64,000 bases of DNA, from assembly GCF_009914755.1 (NCBI RefSeq), contig NC_060927.1; one strand, given 5' to 3'. This document shows, in pieces, positions 29,690 to 52,100 of this stretch. Each line of letters starts with the position of its first letter. Position 1 is the stretch's first letter. Below the pieces are notes generated by a model. That model was given only the letters and a program-made list of their open reading frames with translations. It made no database searches and was not told the origin of the DNA. Source of the DNA: the human T2T-CHM13v2.0 reference genome, Homo sapiens. A program made the translations under genes and the position numbers.

Positions 29690-30800
29690 AGCTTCGAGGT
29701 ACACGTGAGGTTCCGAACGGGTCTCAGGAAGCAGCAGCCAGGCAGAGGGTCCCCCTTGCCATAATCATAGGGCCGTGACACCGGCCTGCCTGGCTCGCGG
29801 GGGCTTTGGCTTGCTTCGTCTAGTCTTAGCATCCAGCGTCCTGAAAATCACTCGCAGGAACGCTATCTAAGAAAGAGGTAAGTCTATTTCTCAGCCAGGA
29901 GCAACATAACTCCCAGGAGAGCATCAGGGTGGCACCGGACACACTTTAGCGCTCCGGATCAGCGGAGTCCAGAGCTTCGGTCAGAGAAGCTGGTTTCCCG
30001 CTACTAGCCGGCCAACCCTCAGGCACTGGCGCTCTCCGTCCTCCACACCGGCTGTCCCCCCGGCTTCGGTGCCAGCATCTGGGAGGCTCGGCGGGCGGCC
30101 GGTCAGGACGCTCGAGCGATGTTCCAGTGATGGCCCCACCGGAGCCCCGACCCCACACGCGCCCACTCCAACCCCGCGCCCGCCACCGCCCTCCCCGCGG
30201 GCGTCAGGCCGGTCTATCGGCCCGGCTCCTGTCACTCACCTGCCCGGCCCGGGCACCGAGCGCCCACGGCTCCCTACGGGAGCTGGGCCCCCCGGGCCTC
30301 CAGGTTTCGGCCCGCCCCCTGGCAGGCAGCACAGGTGGCTGAGCACCGCTACAGCGGCCTCTCACCGGCCGCTTGGTCCAGCTCCCGGCGCTGCCCACTG
30401 GGTACGGATCAACAACAAGATGGCGGCTAGCCGAGGGGGCGGGGGCCGGGCGTCATAGTAACCAGGACTGCAAAGAACCCGCCCCCGAGGGGGTGCTATC
30501 CCCAATCAACAGTCTTTTTGCTCGTCGCCAGGGGAAGTGCTTCCTGCTGACAGGTCAGCTCACGTGTCAGTCAGAGTCTGCCTCTCAGGGCCTCTGCCGA
30601 AAGCGTGGGGCACGTGACTGTGACGGCATGGGTTGGCGCATGCGCTTCGTTCCCGGAGTGGCTGGCGGCGGAGTTTTCGCTGGCTACTACGAGGCCGGAG
30701 CGCCCTTGGCCTCTCTGCGTCCCTGGCCCTCGTGCGGTACCGGCGGCGTCTTGTCATACACTTGCGCACACACAGGGAATCTCAGCGGTGTGCTATTCGT
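29690..30800. promoter_or_regulatory. IP6K1 CpG-island promoter
   Basis: High CpG density. YY1 CAAGATGGCGGC 30416-30427, GC box about 30435-30444, CCAAT about 30502, E-boxes CACGTG 30561-30566 and 30611-30616, NRF1 palindrome GCGCATGCGC 30636-30645. Confidence 0.88.
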
Positions 30801-32399
30801 TTTTTTGTCCCCCACTCTGGGAGAAGGGGGGTGCAGCCCCCAGTTCACTCTGGAGAGGAAACTGAGGCTCAGAGAGGGGAGGCCGAGCCAAGGTCACGCC
30901 ACCTCTAGAAATGGAGGTGCTGGGTCTCGCACCTCCTCCTGCTGGTTTCAGAGTGTGAGGAGCCTCTATCCCAGCTTCCCACGCTTTGTCCCTTACTAGC
31001 CTCGAGGTACCGCAGTCTGTGCTGCCACAGCAGCCTCTGGCTCATTGCCCATGCTTTCCTGCCTGAGGTTTAGAGCCTAGCACAAGTCCTGACACACAGC
31101 GGGCACTCCCTTTTCTCTTCCCTAGAGCATCTTGTCTTGAGATCCTGTGACAGCATCTTTTGCCCTGGACTGTCATGACCGGCCTCCCAAGCAGACTAAT
31201 GGTCCCAGGAAGATGGTCACACCTTGCTCCCCATACAGAACACCTAACTCTGGGCTTGGCTTCAGGCTTAGAACAACAGATGAAGTTACGTGGCCTGGGC
31301 CCACACCCAAATGCCCCAACTAGCTAACTCTGACTTTTGAGCCTTAGCCTCTCTTTAGCTTTGGTTGTCCCATCTGTAAAATGAAGATAAAAGTGGAGCT
31401 TCTCAGAGGAAGATTTAATGAGCCCTCAGAGCAGGGGAAGAACTCAGGAAAAATCTGCCTACAACCACTTCCTGGAACAACCTGCTTCCAAGTTGCTGTT
31501 CCTGAGGCGTGCCTTAAAACACTAACTTTGGTGGAAGCCCCATGAAGCGTTTTTGTTTTGCTTTGTTTTGTTCCCACAGAAGGCTTTCAGCTTCTTCCTG
31601 GCCCTGGGATACCATAACTGGTTCAGAAGGGGAGGTCCTCCTAGCTAGGCGCAGTGGCTCATGCCTGTAATCCAGCACTTTGGGAGGCCAAAGAAGGTGG
31701 ATCACTTGAGGTCAGAGGTTCGAGACCAGCCTGGCCAAAATGGTGAAACCCTGTCCCTACTAAAAATACAAAAATTAGCTGGACGTGATGGCAGGTGCCT
31801 GTAATCCCAGCTACTCAGGAGGCTGAGGCAGGAGGATCACTTGAACCTGGGAGGCAGAGGTTCAGTGAGCTGAGATCACGCCACCACACTCTAGCCTGGG
31901 TGACAGAGCAAAATTCTGTCTCAAAAAAAAAAAAGAAAGGGAGGTTCTCCAGTACCCTGAGGGGGTTCAGGCCCACAGACTCAACAGACGAGTAAAGACT
32001 GTGATAACTTGGATTTACCACAGTAAGGTCCTCTTGGAGAGCTGGCAGAAGCCTGAGACCTGATGTCAGGTTGGGCATGGAGAGTGGGCCAACACTGCAT
32101 CCAGCAAGACCTGCCCACCAGCAGATTGCTGCAGGCCACTTGGCTACATGCAATAGCTCAGGTCAACACAGGGAGATGTGAGAGCAGAGGAACCAGAAGA
32201 AACAGATCAGGAAGAAAAGCCAACAACCCTCAAAAGGGGGATTCTGCTAATCCTCCAGGACCAGCCATGCCACAGGATTCTCAAGTCTGCATCACCCCTC
32301 ACCGCAGTGCAAAAGCTCCAGATCCTTCCCAAGAAAACCTCCACATACAGTTGGCAAATTGCCCTGAAGTTTGATGGGACCCTCAAAAAGCAACAGTGG

Positions 32400-33670
<1,271 letters not shown>

Positions 33671-33997
33671 AAGAGAAACATCTCAACAACAACAACAACA
33701 AAAGCAACAGTGAGCTAGGCACGGTGGCTCACACCTATAATCCCAGCACTTTGGGAGGCTGAAGGGGGAGGATGGCTTGGACCCAGGAATTCAAGACCAG
33801 CCTGGTCAACATAGAGAGATCCCATCTCTACAAAAAAATTAAAAATTAGCCAGGCATGGTGGTCCATGCCTGTAGTCCCACCTACTTGGGATTCTGAGTA
33901 GGAGGATCGATTGAGCCTGGGAGGTCAAGGCTACAGTGAGCCACAATCACACCGTTGCACTCCAGCCTGGGCAACAAAGCCAGACAGCCAGACCCTA

Positions 33998-34001
<4 letters not shown>

Positions 34002-34051
<50 letters not shown>

Positions 34052-34098
34052 CCCTCTCTCCCTCTCCCCGCCCCCTCTCTCCTTCACACACATGCGCG

Positions 34099-34140
<42 letters not shown>
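34002..34140. repeat. Compound microsatellite: (TC)24, pyrimidine tract, then (CA)n(GC)7(AC)n
   Basis: Read directly; it occupies the tail position of the Alu at about 33715-34000. Confidence 0.95.
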
Positions 34141-34623
34141 GCATTGTTCTCTCTCTTCTGGATAGGAAAAGGAAGCAGGTGGCCCTGAGGAGACATGCTG
34201 ATTGGAGGCCCCTCAGTCACTGACAAGGATGATAGCCTATTACTTCTATAGAGCATCAGTCACACTGTCAGTCTGAGCATCACACAATACCTTCTTAAAA
34301 GAAAAATAAAGCCAGGTGCAGTGGTGCGCCCATCGTCCCAGCTACCCAGGAGGCTGAGATGAGAGGCTCTCTTGAAGCCAGGAGTTAGACGCTATAGTGT
34401 GCTATGATAACACCTATGAATAGCCTCTGCATTCCAACCTGGGCACCATAGTGAGACCCTGTCTAAAAAAAAAAAACCCTGAAAGAGAAAAGGAAAACCT
34501 TACTGCTCCCTAGAGTCTGCTCACAAGGTAGGGAGTTGTCCAAGTGAGAACAAGGAGGCACAGATTTCAGAGCTTCTCCCACACGTTGGCTACAAGGCTA
34601 GAACTTTTCTTTTTGTAATTTTG

Positions 34624-34629
34624 TTTATT
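34624..34629 (-). terminator. CDHR4 polyadenylation signal AATAAA
   Basis: tttatt on the plus strand, about 75 nt past the CDHR4 stop. Confidence 0.8.
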
Positions 34630-34704
34630 ATGAATCAACTTGAAAATACAGCCCATGATGGTGTGAAAAAGAAATTCCACACATAGTAAGACAGCTACTT
34701 GGCC

Positions 34705-43687
<8,983 letters not shown>

Positions 43688-44613
43688 GATGACCTGAAGA
43701 CACAGACAGCAGAGGAGGCTTCAGAAAGCTAGGCTGTTTGTCTGACTCACCCTGTTGCCAGGTCAGTTGCTCAAACATAGCTGGGCAGGCGGGACTCCTG
43801 GGCCTCCCAGATTCTATCCCCACCCATCCCTGGTGACTGAGTTCTAGACCTCTGGCAGGCTTCCAGAGGCTCAGAATATCCCATTTTCCATTGCCCCCAT
43901 TCATTACAACTCTAAGGGCATGGAAGGGGAGGAGGATTAAGGTTCAGATGAGGAAACTGGTCATGCAATCCGTGGAGATAGAGCAAGCACAGCACCCAGG
44001 AAAATTTGGCCCAGGACCTGCTACCCCACAGAGTCTCAACTCCAGCTGGACCCCCTCCATTAGAACATTATCTGCCTATAAAAAATGAGCCCAACCGTCA
44101 ACAAAATCTCTCAAAACTTGCTGGGTGTGGCGGCTTACATCTGTAATCCCAGCACTTTGGGAGGCTGAGGTGGGAGGATCACTTGAGCTCAGGAGTTCAA
44201 TATCAGCCTGGGCAACAAAGTGAGACCCCATCTCTACAAAAAATTAGTTGGGTGTGGTGATCCAGGCCTGTAGTCCCAGCTACTCTGGAGGCTGAGGTAG
44301 GAGGATTGCTTGAACCCCAAGAGATCGAGGCTGCAGTGAGTCATGATTGTGCCACTGTACTCCAACCTGAGTGACAGAGCAAGACCCTGTCTCAAAAAAA
44401 AAGAAAAAAGAAAAAAAAAGTTGTCTACATCCAACAAGCAAAAGGAATCCTTTATGATAGAAATACAAATACTGGTTACCGTTGGGAATATCAATTGGAT
44501 AGGGCACCAGGTGGCATCCAGGAGTTGCTGAGGATGTTCTATATCTGGGTGGCAGCTGCACAAGTGTCTACAGATTTTAACATTTACTGGGCTGTAACTT
44601 TGAGATCTGTCTA

Positions 44614-46500
<1,887 letters not shown>

Positions 46501-46519
46501 GTTGATAGAGCAGCCTCAG

Positions 46520-47660
46520 CACCGACCCTCAGTCTGCACCTGGTACCGGCAAAGGGAATGCCGACGGTCGCGCGTCGCCGCTGGACTCGCGACTAGCCAA
46601 GCACTCCCCACTAGAGGGCAGTCCCGTCTAGCTCGGTTGGGACGCGGCTGAGGCCCCGCCGGTGCGCTGCCACAAAGTCCCGCCCTCTCTTGAGTCCTCA
46701 GACGGGCTGAACCCCACTTCCATCCCGTTCAGGGAGTGCCAAGGCCAGCCTCACGAATGGGTCCCGTGGGTCAGGCCCCGAGGGTCCACAACCTCTCTGG
46801 GTCCGACCATCCGGGGTGCTCTGCCTATGTGCGGACGCAGCACGGCGCCCCGTGAGAGGGACCGCTATTTCACCATTGAACAAACGGGGAGGATGAGGCC
46901 CCCGCACGGAGGCGACCTGTCCTGCGTCACGCAGCAAACGCAGGGTCCACTCAACAGTCTGGGGGCTCGAGGGGGTCCCCGTACCGGCCCCGTCCGGCTT
47001 CCAGTTATGACCCCGCCCTTCCCACCCAGAACCGCGGCGGAGTCGGGAGGGACGCCGGGCTTTAGCCCCGCCCCCTTTGGCCGCGGGGCCGGGGCGGGGC
47101 GCGGCTGCCAGATGTCGGGGCGGCGGCGGCGGGAGCTACGGAGAGCGAGGAGTCGCGCAGGCAGGCGGAGGCTGAGGGCGCCGCTGGCCGGCCCTCCCAG
47201 CCCTCTCCGCGCGGCTCCGCCGGGGTTCCAAGAGGAGCTAGTAGGTTCGGTGGGGGCCCTGGCATGGACATGCACAGCGCTCGGCTTGACAGCTTCCTTA
47301 GCCAGCTCCGCTGGGAACTGGTGAGGCTCGGGAGCGGGTGTGGTTAGTGAGGACGCGTGCGGGATGCCAGGCTGCCGCCCGGCCGGAACAACAGACGGGT
47401 GCGGGGTGGCTCCAGCGTGCCGGTCCGAGGCGGGGTGGGGGCGGCGTGGCGCATATGGCTCAGATGGCCCGCGTCGGGTTTCGGACGGTTGGGAACTGAG
47501 CTGAGCATCAGATAACAGCATCCAGCTGGCCGTGCTGCTGGAACGGCGCGGGAGGAGAGAGTGGAAGGGGGACTTCTTTGGGGGCGGGGCATGGGGCGGC
47601 AAGGGACTAACGAGGTGCTGGCGCTGCTGTGAACGCCCCCTACTTCAGGCTGGCCTATGC
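46520..47660. promoter_or_regulatory. INKA1 CpG-island promoter
   Basis: CpG-rich, with several GC boxes (ggggcgggg) just upstream of exon 1. Confidence 0.88.
46608..46621 (+). promoter_or_regulatory. Candidate CTCF site
   Basis: CCACTAGAGGGCAG matches the core CTCF consensus CCACYAGRKGGCRS. Confidence 0.65.
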
Positions 47661-48864
47661 CTCCCTTCTCTACCCCTCACCTAGCAAGCGCTCTTTCTGT
47701 GAAAGACGCTTTGGGCTTTGGGAGCTGAATCCCCCAATAGGCACGGGATGCCCCTCCAGTCCTGGGCAGGACCTACTTCCCCGTTCAGGCCCGCAACCCT
47801 GCCTGCCTGCCCGCCCGCCCTGGTGGCGGGTGCCGACTTGCCCGGCCCTGCATGCTGCAGCCTGCCAGACTGCCACCAGGTCGGTGGATGAGAACCACAC
47901 CAGCTTCGAGTGCCAGCACCCCTATGCCTGCCCTGTGCTCACTAACACCCTGCTGCCCAGGCCAGCAGGCCTATCTAACCTTCCTGGACCCTCTGTTCTC
48001 TGGGCTGGCCTGGTGACAAGTGATACCTCTCCGACTTCTGCCCTCTCTTCCCCTCAGTTGTGTGGTCGGGACACAGGCTCACCCTCAATGCCTGGTCCCC
48101 TGCAGCCAACCTCCCAAACTGGCCCAGATGTGCAGCCCAGCCACCAGCTTAGGGCCTCGGGTGCCTTGGAAGAGGACTCAGTCTGCTGTGTGGAGGAGGA
48201 GGAAGAGGAGGAGGAGGAAGCAGTGGTGACAGAAGACAGGGATGCAGCCTTGGGAGGCCCCAGGGAGCATGCCCTGGACTGGGACTCTGGCTTCTCGGAG
48301 GTGTCAGGCAGCACATGGCGAGAGGAAGAACTGCCTGTATCCCAGCGCCCAGCACCCTCAGCACAGCCCCTTCGTAGGCAGTGCCTCTCAGTCAGTGGCC
48401 TCCCCATGCCCAGCAGGGCCCCTGTAGCCAGTGTACCACCTGTCCACCATCCACGGCCCAAGTCCACCCCAGACGCCTGCCTGGAGCACTGGCAGGGACT
48501 GGAAGCAGAGGACTGGACAGCAGCCCTACTGAACAGGGGTCGCAGTCGCCAGCCCCTGGTACTAGGGGACAATTGCTTTGCTGACTTGGTGCACAACTGG
48601 ATGGAGCTGCCTGAGACAGGGAGTGAAGGGGGTGACGGAGGTGGGCACCGTGCCCGTGCTCGGCCCCCTCAGTTCCTGCTTGGCCTCTCTGAGCAGCTTC
48701 GGCGCCGGCTGGCCAGGGCTCGGCGGACAGCTATGGCAGGAAAGCGGCTGTCATGCCCACCTCGCCCAGAACCTGAACTGCCTGCGGATGTCTCACGCTT
48801 TGCAGCTCTCATGAGCTGTCGTAGCCGCCAGCCCATCATCTGCAATGATGTCAGCTACCTCTGA
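47264..48864 (+). CDS. INKA1: PAK4 inhibitor INKA1 (FAM212A), 287 aa, 2 coding exons
   Basis: Exon 1 CDS 47264-47320 (MDMHSARLDSFLSQLRWEL, donor gtgagg) plus exon 2 48058-48864 (acceptor ccctcag). Contains the Inka box EAEDWTAALLNRGRSRQPLVLGDNCFADLVHNWME and a C-terminal repeat FAALMSCRSRQPIICNDVSYL. Confidence 0.96.
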
Positions 48865-48885
48865 CCCTGCCCTCCAGCCTGGGAC

Positions 48886-48891
48886 AATAAA
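48886..48891 (+). terminator. INKA1 polyadenylation signal AATAAA
   Basis: 21 nt after the stop, followed by U-rich sequence. Confidence 0.85.
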
Positions 48892-49100
48892 AGCCTTTTT
48901 TCTAGACTGTCCTGGCTCCATACCCCTGAGGCACTAAGAGGCAGCCCCAGCCCTGTGAGGCACTGCCCAGGGAGACAAATCTTCTGAAGAGCTTTTTTTC
49001 TCTGTGTGAAGGTCCCTGTCATGCCCATGTCACACCCGTGTGCATTAGTGCACTGTTTTCTATCGTCCGTCCTCTCTGCAATGCCTTCCTTTAACAAGCA

Positions 49101-49106
49101 TTTATT
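49101..49106 (-). terminator. UBA7 polyadenylation signal AATAAA
   Basis: tttatt on the plus strand, about 80 nt after the UBA7 stop. Confidence 0.85.
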
Positions 49107-49184
49107 GAGTGCCTACTGTGGGCTTACAATGCAGGGCTTGGGATCCGGGGCTCCATTGAGCTAGGTGACAGGGTGGCTGCCTTG

Positions 49185-52100
49185 TCACAGCTCATAGTGC
49201 AGAGGTGGGAAGGCAGTGTCCTCGTCGTCACCCTCACAGCTCAGCTCTAGCACCAACACCCGCTGCCCAGGAGCAGGTGCCTGGCCTGTCAGCTGCTGAA
49301 CCAGTTCTGTCACCCTGGTAGGGGTGGGGTTTAGGGGAGATTGGAGAGGTGAGCCATGGCAAGCAGAAGGCAGCCTGGCATGGACTAGAGAGGGTGCTGG
49401 CAGGCCGTCAGGAGCCCAAGCCAGGAGCAGGAGCTGCTCAAGACAGGAAACATCTGAAACTATTTTAGGAGCAGCTGATGAGGCAAGCAGGAGGCAGGAA
49501 GCTATGGGTCCCTTGGGAGTGGGCTGTGAAAGGGGGGCTGTGCAGCATGTGGGGAGCCCATGGGGCTGGCCAAATAGGCAGCTCCTGAAGACTCCTCCTC
49601 AGGCTCTCGGCCCTCACCCCACCTCCAGCCTGTTTGCTGGCTCCATTTGGGGAAAGAATGCTTGGGAAGGTGTGAGGGGCCCAGAATGGGGCTGGGAAGA
49701 CAAAAGGCAGTGTGGTCCCTAGCCCCAGCCTCCAGGGACTGGTGGGGCCTGTCTAAAGCCCCAAGTGGGCTCACCTGAGGGGCAGGTGCTGGGCCTGCTT
49801 TTCAGGTGACCATCCGGCCGCATAGAGCAGGGCTGAGCCGTGCAGCAGGATCCTCACCCTCAACCCGTGCTGCTCCTAGAGGAGAAAGGTCAGACACCAG
49901 CTGGGCCGGGCTGGGCTGAGCCTGGGGGTTGGGGTAGCAACAGGGCACACCTGAAGATGAGCCAGCAGCGACTCCAGGGTCCTCTCAGGCTGCCCAGCTG
50001 GTACCTTCAGACGGTCCCAAGAGGTCCACTTCAGGTGATGGAACTGGGATGAGGTAGAGGAGGAGTCAGAGACTTCTTACCTCCCCCCAACCCCCATCCC
50101 AGTTACCAGCAGCCTTTCCTAGGGGAAGAGCTGGACTAGCAGGAAACAGGAGCCAGGGGGTGGGGGGCGGGGGGGAGGTGGGATCTGGGCCCAGAGTCTC
50201 AGCCCCCTCCCCGTCCAGGCCGGGGCCAGCACAGGAAATGGGGCTATGGGGCCCGCACAGGGAAACAGACGATCCATCACATGGGCCAGTTGTGAGAGTG
50301 GGGGATGAGGGGGTGGTGCTTCCTGAGGAAACCCAGAGCAGGGCCCCTGCAGCCTCTGATAAAGCTGCTTGTTCCTCAAAGACAAGGCTGGGAGCTGGGG
50401 GGCACATCCTGTCCCCCAATCTTGTATGTACTGCCAGTGCCTTGGGCTACTCATTGGGACACAGGGGCAAAGGGCACAGTGACCACCAGGGCCCCACTGT
50501 CCCAGAGACCCCAGCAGGGATACAATGCATAGAGGCTTCCTCCTCCTGTCCCTTCCTTCCTTCCAAGAGTCTTGGGGTTCTGGGACCTAGAGCTAAGGAC
50601 AGAAGGATGGCTGGCAGGTATCTAGAGACCAGGACAGGGGGTGCTTATCAGCCCCTGAGAAAACACACTGGGGTCAAGCTGAGACTAGGCTAGAGGTGAG
50701 ATGGGGGCTTCTCCTTCACCTGCTTCACTCTGTGGACAAAGGCAGCCTGTATGCTGGTTAGAGGCAGGGTGCCTCACAAAGGGGCTCTGTGTGCTAGTCC
50801 AGAGGGACCCCAGGCTGCTCAGCAGAAACCCAGTGCTGGCCCATGACCTCTGCCCTCTCCCCTCATGAGGGCATTCCTTCTACCCTCATCCTTGCCCCAA
50901 GGAAATGCCAACTGCAGAGCCTGGGCACAAGGCTGGAGGCATTCACAGCGCTGCAGTCACAGGAACACAAATGCCCACAAGCCCAGGAACACACACATGT
51001 GTGCCCACATGCATCTCCATGCATGCCCACATTGAGGACACAGGAAGATGGGAGCCCTGCACTCCCATCTGATGCACAGATGTGCAAACTTGCTCCTTCC
51101 ATACCCACACTCCGGGGATGCCCAGACCCCAGTTGCACTCACAACTGTGACACAAATACACTCAGGGCTGCAGACCCCACACCTCTAGTGGCAAGCCTAT
51201 TACCTTTTAACTCAGCTTGTAGGAGGTAGGCCAGGGCCCCCGTACCATGCAGGGGGAAGCTAGACTCTTTCTGGGGCTGATGCCCTGGTCCCCTCCCCAC
51301 TACCTACCCCTCAGGGGTACTCCAAGGAAGGAGGGGACTGTGGGGGATGTCTGGCTCCACTAATGAGTTAAAGCTGCAGCTCCCCCAGATCCTGGGCTTT
51401 GGAGGATTGGGGGTGGGGATGGCTGACGGCTGCTTCCTGTGTCTGACAGGTCCCAGCCTGGCTTCATAGCAGGAAGAGGGCTGGAGGGAGTCTTCAGGAC
51501 TTCTGCACAGTCTGAGTTTCAGTGAGAGCCGGCAGCTAGATTGGGGCCTGTATGGGCAGGTGCAGGGGAAACCCAGGCCTAGTAGGGCTAAGGGTGGGGT
51601 ATCATGGGCTCACCGTCTGGATGGCTGGGGCAAAAGGCATATAGCGGATGAGGTAGTTTTCAGCCAGATGTAGGTAGCTGTGGCGAAAGGCACTACGAGG
51701 CCGTGGCCCACTCACCACCTTATACAGCTCCAGGCCCAACAGGCCTGCCACAGCTGCTGTAGTGGTGGCAATGGCTGGGATAATCTGGCCCACAATTCGC
51801 TTGCTCTGCCAAGGACAAGAGATTTGGTCTGGGCCCAAGGCGTAGGGCCAGGGTTTGCCCTCCACCTCCAGGCCCAAGCCTCAAGGGGTGGGGTTACCTG
51901 GGCACGGTTGACCGGTGGAATCCCGTAGTTCTGACATCTCAGGCTAGCTGCCGCTACCACAAAGTCCACATGGAAGTTGCTGTCATCATCCTGTAAGGCC
52001 CAAGTCAAAGTAGTGTTAACACTGCAGCTGTGCCCCTCACCGTGGCCCACTGCGTGTCACTGCACAAGTCTCCACACAGTTCTGTCGGGGGGTTGCCCCA

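Noticed and set aside
29875-29883. Perfect plus-strand donor GAG|GTAAGT antisense to IP6K1
   Set aside because: A single 9-mer with no supportable exon or transcript; such matches occur by chance.
29946-30999. Overlapping Pro/Gly/Arg-rich ORFs, including the 208-aa ORF at 30373-30999
   Set aside because: Stop-poor CpG-island sequence, mostly non-ATG starts, no recognisable domain.
46662-47602. 220-aa (plus) and 245-aa (minus) ORFs over the INKA1 promoter
   Set aside because: Expected in very GC-rich DNA; low-complexity products, out of frame with or antisense to INKA1.
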